Shown here piece by piece: positions 21,969 through 30,433 of a stretch of DNA of 59,926 nt; position 1 is the stretch's first letter, and each line of letters begins with the position of its first letter. Both the position numbers and the translations under genes were made by a program. The notes under the pieces were generated by a model. The model had not been told where the DNA came from, did no database searches, and saw only the letters and a list, made by a program, of their open reading frames with translations. This stretch comes from an uncultured Verrucomicrobiota bacterium (GTDB lineage Bacteria; Verrucomicrobiota; Verrucomicrobiia; Limisphaerales; UBA9464), in contig CAILNN010000251.1 in NCBI GenBank assembly GCA_903835555.1, forward strand, positions 1 to 59,926. Reading direction: 5' to 3'.

Positions 21969-23099
21969 TCAGGAAACCGCGCTCGACGTAGCCCTCACGA
22001 CCTGCTTGGTGTCCGATGGAGCCAGGAGGTAGACTACGCCGCCGACGACACTCCACGCCAAGTTTACTGTGTAACCGAGGAGGGACAGTGACAGGGCAAT
22101 GCCCGGTTTCACGTCAAAAATGGGCGTTGCCAGGAGCCAAACAAAAAGATTCTCCCGCACCCCCAAGCCCGCGGGAGTGACTGGAATGGCCGCCACGGAC
22201 ACAACCGCCGCCGACACATAGGCGAGCGTAATCCACGGGACATCCAGATGGAGGCCGCGAGCCAAAGCAGCGTAGGCCAGGACGATACTGACATTGACGA
22301 GCAGCGACCACAGGCCGACTTCCAATAGAAATCCCGGATGGTGGCCAAAGGCGCGGCAGGCCGCCAATGCTCGGACGAATGAGCCACCCTTCGGCAACTT
22401 TGCCGCCCATCGAGCCAGCGGTCGCCCCGGTTGTAAGGCGTTGGTGTAGAAGCCCAGAATCACAAAAAGCCCGGCAACCAACAACATTCCAAGAACGGTC
22501 AGGAACAGTGCAGAATGCCTGGGATACCGAAAAATCAATCCAACATTGGGAATGGCGCAGACCACAGCGAAAACCAGAAGGGCTAGCGCTCCTAAAACTC
22601 GGTCGGCAAAAACGGTCAGCGCAGCCTCCGGACGCCGCTCGGGCGCGGCGCGGGCTACGTACCAAGCCTTGACCACATCGCCCCCGGCGGTTCCCAGGAG
22701 AAAAGCATTAAAAAAGTGTGCGATAAAGGAGATGCGCATGACCTCTGACCAGGAAAGGTGCAATCCTTGAACGCGTAGGACCAAGCGCCACCGAACTCCG
22801 CCTATCACCACCAACAAGCCACAGGCTCCAAATGCGATGCCAAGATTGAGAGGGTCCAATTGGCGGGTGGTCTCCCAAAGGGCACCGGGACCCCGGGTCC
22901 AGGCTAATCGACGTTGCTCCCATTTAGGAATCGATTCCCACCGCTGGCCAGTTTCGGCCAGTTGAGTCTGGACCTCGTTGCAGAAAATGACGTGGAAAAT
23001 CAGCGCCAGAAGCGTGGCACTCAAAACCATCCGGCCCAAGCTGTGGAGGCGAATCCGAATCACGATCGGGTTTCCAGCCAGAACTATTCCGGGCCCCAA
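21969..23099 (-). CDS. UPF0104 / lysylphosphatidylglycerol synthase TM-domain (flippase-like) protein
   Basis: RW..VL, FFNAFL...GGDVVK, DR.LG, PVTPAGLGVRE. Confidence 0.8.
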   Translation of the reverse strand: MGPGIVLAGNPIVIRIRLHSLGRMVLSATLLALIFHVIFCNEVQTQLAETGQRWESIPKWEQRRLAWTRGPGALWETTRQLDPLNLGIAFGACGLLVVIGGVRWRLVLRVQGLHLSWSEVMRISFIAHFFNAFLLGTAGGDVVKAWYVARAAPERRPEAALTVFADRVLGALALLVFAVVCAIPNVGLIFRYPRHSALFLTVLGMLLVAGLFVILGFYTNALQPGRPLARWAAKLPKGGSFVRALAACRAFGHHPGFLLEVGLWSLLVNVSIVLAYAALARGLHLDVPWITLAYVSAAVVSVAAIPVTPAGLGVRENLFVWLLATPIFDVKPGIALSLSLLGYTVNLAWSVVGGVVYLLAPSDTKQVVRATSSAVS

Positions 23100-24004
23100 A
23101 TGGACCGAATATGTTCGTAACCCTTCCGGATATCGTCGGCGGGGACCCCGGGGGCCATTTCAATAACCTTGATGTGGTCAGGTCGGACCCACGGCTTCAG
23201 ACCCGCATAGTCGATTGTACCCATGCCAGGCGGAACGTGGTCCTGCTGACCTTCCGGTCCGACCACCACATCGTGGACGTGCAGTCCTGCCAATCGAGGT
23301 GCCAAGCCTTCGAAATGCATCCGGTGATCGATGAAGCCCAGGTTTTGTTTGATTTGAGCGTGCCCGCAATCGTGCCAGTACCGGACGTTTTCTGGGAGCT
23401 CATCGAGAAAAGCTTCGATCTCGTGGTCAATCGGTATCTCTTCCACCGCTTCCCGATTTTCGATTCCAAGAAGGACCCCACGCCGCGATGCCTCTTCAGC
23501 CAGCTCATGAATGAGATCGAGGGCCAGTTCGACGGCTTCGTCCAATCGCTTGCCGCGTTTGGTCTCCATCTCTTCGACCAGTTTCTGGTACTTGGAAGTC
23601 TCCTTTTTGCCTTCGGCTACCATGGCCTCCAATTTGTCTTGGTAATCGCGCATATCGACCCGACCAGAGTGCAGCACGACCAACTTCGCGTCGACCATTT
23701 CGGCCATTTCCAAGGTCTTTCGGGAATGACGCAGGGCGGACTCTCGCTCGCGCTTATCGGACGAGGAAAACTTGTAAAGGTTGGGGGCTGCTTGATTGAC
23801 CCCGATGGGTAGCGGGCAAAAATTGTGCAGAGTCGAGATTTTGATCTCGCCGGCACGGACTGCGTCCAACACGCCCGGAACCAAGCTGAGCCGAATTCCA
23901 TGGCTTAATTCGGCGTACTCGAATCCTAACTCGCGGATTTCTCGGAGCATTTCCCGACCACAGGTATGGCGGGCGGAATTCCAACAGGACGAAAGTGAGT
24001 ACAT
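23084..24004 (-). CDS. Sugar phosphate isomerase/epimerase family TIM-barrel protein
   Basis: VVLHSG, LGIENRE, WHDCGHA, LHVHD, DHVPPGMGTIDY. Confidence 0.82.
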   Translation of the reverse strand: MYSLSSCWNSARHTCGREMLREIRELGFEYAELSHGIRLSLVPGVLDAVRAGEIKISTLHNFCPLPIGVNQAAPNLYKFSSSDKRERESALRHSRKTLEMAEMVDAKLVVLHSGRVDMRDYQDKLEAMVAEGKKETSKYQKLVEEMETKRGKRLDEAVELALDLIHELAEEASRRGVLLGIENREAVEEIPIDHEIEAFLDELPENVRYWHDCGHAQIKQNLGFIDHRMHFEGLAPRLAGLHVHDVVVGPEGQQDHVPPGMGTIDYAGLKPWVRPDHIKVIEMAPGVPADDIRKGYEHIRSIWGPE

Positions 24005-24061
24005 GTGTGTACAGCCTTGCAGGCGAACAGCTTAATGCTTCAATGCAAAACTAAACCAACC

Positions 24062-24098
24062 AAAGAAAAACGTCCCTCGGTACCGGACCAAGGGACGT
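24062..24098 (-). terminator. Rho-independent terminator after rpsU
   Basis: ACGTCCCT (24070-24077) / AGGGACGT (24091-24098) stem followed by a T-run on the minus strand. Confidence 0.75.
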
Positions 24099-24126
24099 GT
24101 TGTCTCCAACAAGCCCTCCCGGGCGG

Positions 24127-24324
24127 TTAAACGTCGGAATATTTATTGGCCAAATAGGCCGAAAACTTTGCGACCTTCATCTTGCGACGGCGCTTTTCAC
24201 AAGGCTTCTCATAGTGCCGTTTCATGCGCACATCCTTGATGATGCACTCACGGTCGACTTTTTTCTTCAGTCGTCGCAGGGCACGATCAATCGGTTCGCC
24301 TTTTTTAAGTTTGACTTCGCTCAA
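24127..24324 (-). CDS. rpsU: 30S ribosomal protein S21
   Basis: GEPIDRALRRLKKK...RHYEKP; probable TTG start at 24324. Confidence 0.92.
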   Translation of the reverse strand: MSEVKLKKGEPIDRALRRLKKKVDRECIIKDVRMKRHYEKPCEKRRRKMKVAKFSAYLANKYSDV

Positions 24325-24508
24325 TTCAAATTCACGTCCTTCCCTCGTCACGGTTCTGACATGTCAGACTCCGTGTCCCTAAAGACCCCATGGTCCCTAA
24401 AGATGCGAATCGGCTCCATGAAGGAGCCGAAGCAGACACGAGGTAGTAAACGATTGCGGAATCAAGGCAAGCACGAGTTGAGGAAATTTGCGTCCCTCGA
24501 TTTGATCC

Positions 24509-27500
24509 TCATCCCAATTCCCGCAAGGCCAGCAATAGCGGACCGCTGATGGCACGTCGCGCCGCAATCCAAGTCCAAAGGAGCCCATTGATCAGGACAA
24601 TCCCCATGGTAGCCGTCAGCGAAGTCCATGGCAGGGGAGCTCCTCCCGGACGGAGTGACGGTGCCACCGCGACCGCCGCCGCTGCGATTCCAAGTCCCAA
24701 GCCGCAAGCCAATAGCAGCCCGTTTTCCAACCAGGCCAAGCGGACCAAGAACCGGGGCTCGAATCCGAGCGCGAGCATCAAACCGAGTTCGCCTCGTCGC
24801 TCTTGAAGATTGCGTAACACGATCACCCCAAAGCCAGCACTCCCCAAGAGCAATCCCAGTCCCCCAAGCAGTTGGAAGGTATCCAGGTAGGTATTTTGTA
24901 CGGCGTTGAATTGCGCCAGTCGCTCCCATGTCGGAGAAGCTTCAAATCCAACATCCTGCAGGCTTCGGCTTAGCGTTGCCGCTACCGCGCTTTCTCGCCC
25001 AGGGGGAGTCTCGACAAGAAACTCGCGATGACCTGTTTCGCCAGGGAAACGGCGGATGAGCTCGGATTCCGCCACAATCAGATTGCCCTGGAGGACGGAT
25101 GCCTCGAGAGAACCGACGATACGAACCTTGAACGGTCGCCCCTGCTCATCGACGTAATCGAGGGTGTCCCCAATGCTCTTGTGGAGAATCCACTGAAGGG
25201 AAGCGGCATCGCCGATGGCCGGGGTCTCTGGCGAGTCCGACCCGGATGATATCAGCGAGAGCCATCCATTGGTGCCTGCTTGAGCTGCGCCCAATTCCGC
25301 AAAGGAAAAGGCACCACGCCGGGCCAAGGCTTCGGGAGTGACTCCTAAAAGACGCGGACGTTGGGCGCGGGCGAGATTCAGGCAACTGGCATCATCGCCC
25401 TCATGCACACGGAAAGGAACAATCGAAACGTTTTCCACGTCTTTGGCCAGTAAACTATAGAATTCCCTACCCTCCGGCGTGTTGAGGTCCTGCAGCACCG
25501 GCAGGGCGGTTCTTGCCCAAAGGGCAAAACCTCCCGTCCCGGAGCTCCTACTCCCGGCTCCGGGAATGTCTTCCACCTTAAAAGCCCCAACCGCGCAAAG
25601 TAGAAACGAGGCACTGGCCAGCAATCCAGCCGCTCCCAGACTTCGAGACGGGTGTCGGGTCAGCCCCCGGATGGCCAACCGCAGTATCCTCGGGCGACGT
25701 CCTGAAGCTGAGGTAGAAAGTGGCGGGCGGGCGAGGCGGTTTAACTGGATTCGCAGCACAAGAACTCCTTCCAATAGCCAAAGGGAACCCGCCCCGAAAA
25801 ATATTCCCGATTGGCTCGGACCGCCTACCGTCGCGGCCACCGTCAGACCAGCGGCAATCAGTCCATTGGCTGCCAATAACCACCAGGCGGAGGGTCCGAC
25901 TGGATGGGCTGTCACAAGGGCCGATTCCAATGAGCCTTCCGTCAATAGCTCCCGAGCCTGACGCTGGACCAACTTGCGCAAGGTCAGGCCCAATGTCAGT
26001 GCGGCTGCCACCGCGCTCAAGACGCAGCCCAGCACTACGCTGAAGAGAGTGAGGTGAAAGTTCAGTTCGGCATGAGCCACTGCGGATTTCCAGACCGTGG
26101 CAAGGCCCCACAGGACCCCGTAAGCATACAAAATTCCCAGTCCAGCCCCTAGAGCGGCTCCCAGGAGTGCCAAAGTGAAACCTTCACTCCAAAGGACTCG
26201 GTAGACCTTCTGAGTTGGCCATCCCAACGCCAAGAGCACGCCAATTTCCCGAGCCCGGCGTTCCAGCGAAAATCGGAAAAGCATGGCGGTGAGCAGGAGG
26301 CTTGCTCCGAGCAGGAAAAAGCTGAAACTTAGAAATAGGCCGCCGAAATCCTGCCCCTCAGCGGCTGCTGTGAGAACCCGTTCCTTGACGGGATCGATTC
26401 GCAGACCAAATTCTTCGGGCTGCAATCGGGAACGCAGTTCCTCTTCGATTCCTGAGGCGGACAATTTAGCATCTGGGACGGATTGGGTTGACCAGCGAAT
26501 CGCCGTTAGGTCGCCAAATCGATTCGCCCAGAGCCGCTGACCCGTGCGCAGCGAAATAAAGGCTTTCGGAGTTCCGCGCCACTTTTTCCAATAGGCTTCG
26601 TCTTCGTTGCGAATCTTACGGACCAGGGGAAAACCGGCATCCCAATCTTGTGTGCTCTCTGCTTTGGCAATTCCAGGAAACTCCGGCATAAGGCTGCGAT
26701 CGGCATAGAGGCCTTCCAATGGAACGATGGAGCGCACCCGAAAATGATTGGTCCTCTCAACCAGTCGGGGGCCAGTGTCTGCGACAAAATACGCCATATC
26801 CACGGTATCCCCCGCCTTGACGCGAAGTTCATTGGCGAGCCAGGAATTGACAACGATTTCATCGTCCGCCAAGTCCGTGGGAGTCCAAGGAGCACCGGCC
26901 GCAGTTACCATCGAATACGGAACTTCGCGATTCCTAGCGGTTATTCCATTCACCAAATAAGTCAGGATCGGCTGCGCCGTCGCGGTTCCAGAGGCCAGCG
27001 GATGAAGGGCCGCGCTGCCGACCGATGATTCAATGAAAATCCGGTGGCTGATAAGTTCAAACCCGGCATTGGTGCCGACGGTCTGCCGGACAGACAGCTC
27101 AGCATCATCGAGGTGCCATGCGGTTGCCAACCGCCGGGATAGCTCCGCTAACAACCTGACCCCGGTGATCGGTTCCGAGTGATTTACTATCGGGCGGAAC
27201 CAAACCAAATTTCCCCGTCCGCTCAACGAGGCGGCGGTGGCCAATGCTTTTCGGCTTACAAACGCATTCCAGGGTGGGGTTTGACCAGCTTGAAGAGCCA
27301 GGTCTCCTCCCGCGTTCGGCGACACGATTCCCGCCACCTTGAACCGAAGAGCGACCGCAACGGTATCGCGCGGAGTAATGACCGCATCCCGTGAAAGAGC
27401 GGATGGCTTGTGTACCCGAATGACGACCTCGTCACCAACGACAGCGTGAAGTTGCCGGGCCAAGGATGGATTCAACCAGACACGATCCGAGGCTGAGGTG

Positions 27501-27871
27501 TCGATTCCAGGCAAGAATCCAGCGGGTACTCCAATAACCCGGATGACGTTGGCTCGCGCCGAGGCATCCTGCCGGGCCGCCATACCGGGAAGCTCAAGTA
27601 ACACAGACGGCTCGCTGTCGAGTCCGTCGGGTCCGGCTCGCTCAATCCGTTCGTCGAGTGAATCATCAAAATAACGGTCGCCCGTTGAAATGACTGCGAA
27701 AGCACCTGCCAATCGTTCCATGGCGCGGTCTCTCAAACTCAATCGAACCGAATCACCGACCGCCAAAGCCCCGACCAGGATCGCCGCAGATAGGGCCGTT
27801 CCAACAACGACACCCAGATAGGAGACAAGAAAATATCGAAGATTGGCACGAACCAGTTTGCTCAGATTCAT
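24509..27871 (-). CDS. Large FtsX-type ABC transporter permease (duplicated FtsX domains)
   Basis: GAL.VGDSVR.SL, ERRAREIGVLLALG and ERRGELGLMLALG. Confidence 0.85.
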   Translation of the reverse strand: MNLSKLVRANLRYFLVSYLGVVVGTALSAAILVGALAVGDSVRLSLRDRAMERLAGAFAVISTGDRYFDDSLDERIERAGPDGLDSEPSVLLELPGMAARQDASARANVIRVIGVPAGFLPGIDTSASDRVWLNPSLARQLHAVVGDEVVIRVHKPSALSRDAVITPRDTVAVALRFKVAGIVSPNAGGDLALQAGQTPPWNAFVSRKALATAASLSGRGNLVWFRPIVNHSEPITGVRLLAELSRRLATAWHLDDAELSVRQTVGTNAGFELISHRIFIESSVGSAALHPLASGTATAQPILTYLVNGITARNREVPYSMVTAAGAPWTPTDLADDEIVVNSWLANELRVKAGDTVDMAYFVADTGPRLVERTNHFRVRSIVPLEGLYADRSLMPEFPGIAKAESTQDWDAGFPLVRKIRNEDEAYWKKWRGTPKAFISLRTGQRLWANRFGDLTAIRWSTQSVPDAKLSASGIEEELRSRLQPEEFGLRIDPVKERVLTAAAEGQDFGGLFLSFSFFLLGASLLLTAMLFRFSLERRAREIGVLLALGWPTQKVYRVLWSEGFTLALLGAALGAGLGILYAYGVLWGLATVWKSAVAHAELNFHLTLFSVVLGCVLSAVAAALTLGLTLRKLVQRQARELLTEGSLESALVTAHPVGPSAWWLLAANGLIAAGLTVAATVGGPSQSGIFFGAGSLWLLEGVLVLRIQLNRLARPPLSTSASGRRPRILRLAIRGLTRHPSRSLGAAGLLASASFLLCAVGAFKVEDIPGAGSRSSGTGGFALWARTALPVLQDLNTPEGREFYSLLAKDVENVSIVPFRVHEGDDASCLNLARAQRPRLLGVTPEALARRGAFSFAELGAAQAGTNGWLSLISSGSDSPETPAIGDAASLQWILHKSIGDTLDYVDEQGRPFKVRIVGSLEASVLQGNLIVAESELIRRFPGETGHREFLVETPPGRESAVAATLSRSLQDVGFEASPTWERLAQFNAVQNTYLDTFQLLGGLGLLLGSAGFGVIVLRNLQERRGELGLMLALGFEPRFLVRLAWLENGLLLACGLGLGIAAAAVAVAPSLRPGGAPLPWTSLTATMGIVLINGLLWTWIAARRAISGPLLLALRELG

Positions 27872-27897
27872 TAGGAGATAGGTGGTTAAACGGAAGG

Positions 27898-28584
27898 TCA
27901 GGGCGTCGCGATGAGTTTTCCATCCGAGAGGGTCACTATCCGTCCCATGAGCGCCGCCAATTCGTTGCTATGGGTCACCGTAATTAAAGTGATGCCTTCT
28001 TCCTTGTTGAGTTCAACCAATAGGCGACCGACTTCCGAAGCACTGGCACGGTCGAGAGCTCCAGTCGGTTCGTCGGCCAGAAGAAGGGAGGGCTTCTGAA
28101 TCAGAGCTCGGACCAATGCCGCGCGTTGACGTTCGCCACCGCTCAATTGACTGGGGAGATGGTCGACCCGTTCAGACAAACCCACTCGGCGTAAGAGTTG
28201 ATGCGCACGCTCTTCGGTCTTGGAAGGACTTTGTGCCTGGTAGGCCAGAGATGGCAGCAAGACATTTTCCCACACGCTACATTGGGGAAGCAGATGGTGT
28301 TGTTGAAATACGAAGCCAATTTGGCTGTTCCGGAATTTGGCTAGTTCGCGAGCTGAAAGCTTCGTCAAATCCTGTCCATTGAATGTCAGTTGCCCCGAAT
28401 CGGGTAGGTCCAGTGTCCCAAGAAGATTGAGAATGGTTGTCTTTCCCGACCCGCTAGGTCCGACGATCGCCACGCTTTCGCCACAGGCGACAGACAGATT
28501 GGCCTCCCGCAAGATGCTGAGGTGCTGGACGCCCGGATAGGACTTCGATACGCCGCGCAGTTCGATCAATGGCTCGAATGACAT
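27898..28584 (-). CDS. ABC transporter ATP-binding protein (LolD/MacB-like)
   Basis: GPSGSGKT, LSGGERQR, LLADEPTGALD, VTH. Confidence 0.92.
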   Translation of the reverse strand: MSFEPLIELRGVSKSYPGVQHLSILREANLSVACGESVAIVGPSGSGKTTILNLLGTLDLPDSGQLTFNGQDLTKLSARELAKFRNSQIGFVFQQHHLLPQCSVWENVLLPSLAYQAQSPSKTEERAHQLLRRVGLSERVDHLPSQLSGGERQRAALVRALIQKPSLLLADEPTGALDRASASEVGRLLVELNKEEGITLITVTHSNELAALMGRIVTLSDGKLIATP

Positions 28585-28683
28585 GAGGGTTAGGATAACC
28601 GCGAAGGACGGCTTGTCATGCGGGCAAGCGATTCAGAGTTTCCGGTTTTTTCAAGATTGTCACTTCATAGGGCTTAGAATCGA

Positions 28684-28737
28684 TTGACACCACAACCTGT
28701 CGTAGTCAATCTCTCTCAGGAGCCCTTCTGGTTGTAG
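28684..28737 (+). promoter_or_regulatory. Putative nrdR promoter with two degenerate NrdR boxes
   Basis: TTGACA at 28684; box-like 16-mers at 28690-28705 and 28722-28737, 32 bp apart. Confidence 0.35.
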
Positions 28738-28926
28738 GGTTGCCAGGGAGGTGGGGTGAAATTTCGGGGTAACGTTTGATTTTTGGTTTCGATGCATTCG
28801 GGGGGGATAGAGCTGGCGATAGTGCTCGGTCATTTATCTGGGGATGTCGGTGGGGAACGGGCCTCGTTGACCGGAGGCAAAAGAAGAGGGCAATAGGTTA
28901 GAAAAACGGTTCGAAAAAGGGTTTAA

Positions 28927-29424
28927 ATGCGCTGTCCAAAGTGCGGCACACAGGAAGACAAAGTGATCGACTCCCGGGCTTCGAAGGAGGGGGCAACGAT
29001 TCGCCGCCGCCGGGAGTGCCTCTCCTGCACCCATCGGTTTACCACCTACGAACAAATCGAGCATGTTGAATTGATGGTGGCTAAGCGTGATGGACGGCGG
29101 GAACTTTTTTCCAAGGAAAAACTCACGCTTTCCCTTCAGCGATCCTGCCAAAAGCGGCCTGTTCCAGAAGCAGCTATCAGCGAGGCCGTTGAGCGGATAT
29201 GTTCGTCCGTTCGAGACGCCAACGAATTGGAGGTCACCGCCCGGGAAATCGGCGAGCGCGTGATGCGCGAGCTACGAACTCTGGATGCGGTCGCTTACGT
29301 GCGGTTTGCCAGCATTTATCGGAGTTTTCAGGAGGTCGACGAGTTCGTCGAAGAGGTGCATCGGCTTGCTGCCCAACCATTGCCCGACAAACGCCAGATT
29401 CCACTGATACCCGAGGACGTCTAA
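28927..29424 (+). CDS. nrdR: Transcriptional repressor NrdR
   Basis: MRCPKC...VIDSR...IRRRRECLSC.RFTTYE zinc ribbon, KRDGRRE ATP cone, VAYVRFASIYR. Confidence 0.97.
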   Translation: MRCPKCGTQEDKVIDSRASKEGATIRRRRECLSCTHRFTTYEQIEHVELMVAKRDGRRELFSKEKLTLSLQRSCQKRPVPEAAISEAVERICSSVRDANELEVTAREIGERVMRELRTLDAVAYVRFASIYRSFQEVDEFVEEVHRLAAQPLPDKRQIPLIPEDV

Positions 29425-29488
29425 GACCTGAGAGCGCCAGGATTTTCCAAGGCACCAAATCGATTCCCAAGAGAGACAGGAAAAAACC

Positions 29489-30067
29489 ATGATTCAACTA
29501 CATGAGGATTGTCTGCTGGTGGAACAACCCGGTGGCGGTTATATCCCGTGGTCGGCAAGCCAGCTCACCCTGGAATTTGTGGGTGGAGGAGCCGAGACGC
29601 TGAATGAGGAGGTCATGCAACAGGTAGCCGCAGGAGTGTTGCACTACTTCAAGGATGAACTCGGAAGAATGACCATCACTATTTCCGAATTCGCCGATGC
29701 GATTGCACGGGCATTGAATGGAATGGGATTCTCCGCCGAGGTGGCGGAGGTCTGCGCACAACCGATCAGTGATTCATCCCCGAAATCGAATGTGGGCGTG
29801 TCAGACTTGCGTGAATTGGCATTTGCCGCCGCAAAATTTGGTGAGTTGGATTTTTTCAAGCGGCTGCGAAGCCGATTGCATGAGCAAATGGAGAATCCCC
29901 CTGACCGCATGGAATTCCTCGGGCTCCGTGGTTGTGTCAAAATGTTGACTGGGCGCAAAAAGTGGTGTCCGGCCTGTACTCAGTTGGAGGTGGAGATAGT
30001 TGATGCCTTGCGGGCGTGGTACAGCCAGAGCCCAAAGGCTTCCGCCACCGCCCTTTTGGTTCGTTGA
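29489..30067 (+). CDS. Hypothetical protein with possible degenerate ATP-cone and C-terminal WCPAC motif
   Basis: 192-aa ORF in operon-like arrangement with nrdR; AGGA RBS upstream. Confidence 0.7.
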   Translation: MIQLHEDCLLVEQPGGGYIPWSASQLTLEFVGGGAETLNEEVMQQVAAGVLHYFKDELGRMTITISEFADAIARALNGMGFSAEVAEVCAQPISDSSPKSNVGVSDLRELAFAAAKFGELDFFKRLRSRLHEQMENPPDRMEFLGLRGCVKMLTGRKKWCPACTQLEVEIVDALRAWYSQSPKASATALLVR

Positions 30068-30082
30068 ACGGAAGAACGAGCT

Positions 30083-30421
30083 ATGACTCTATTTGAGCGC
30101 ATCATTGCCCGGGAAATTCCGGCAACGATTGTCCATGAAGACGATCGGGCCATAGTGCTCCATGATATTCACCCGCAAGCTCCGGTCCATCTCTTAGTCA
30201 TCCCCAAGAAGCCGATTGCTCGCTTGAATGAAGCAATGGAGGGAGACGAAGCCTTGCTCGGGCATTTGCTGCTGGTAGCCGCCAAAGTCGCTCGTCAGGA
30301 AGGTCTCGGGGGCACTGGGTTTCGGGTCGTGATCAATAATGGTCCCGATGCCGGCGAAAGTGTTCCCCACCTGCATGTTCATGTTCTCGGTGGTCGTTCG
30401 CTCCATTGGCCGCCGGGTTAG
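30083..30421 (+). CDS. Histidine triad nucleotide-binding protein (HinT-like)
   Basis: FERIIAREIPA, DIHPQAPVH.LVIPK, VPHLHVHVLGGR. Confidence 0.93.
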   Translation: MTLFERIIAREIPATIVHEDDRAIVLHDIHPQAPVHLLVIPKKPIARLNEAMEGDEALLGHLLLVAAKVARQEGLGGTGFRVVINNGPDAGESVPHLHVHVLGGRSLHWPPG

Positions 30422-30433
30422 TGGGTTTCTGCG

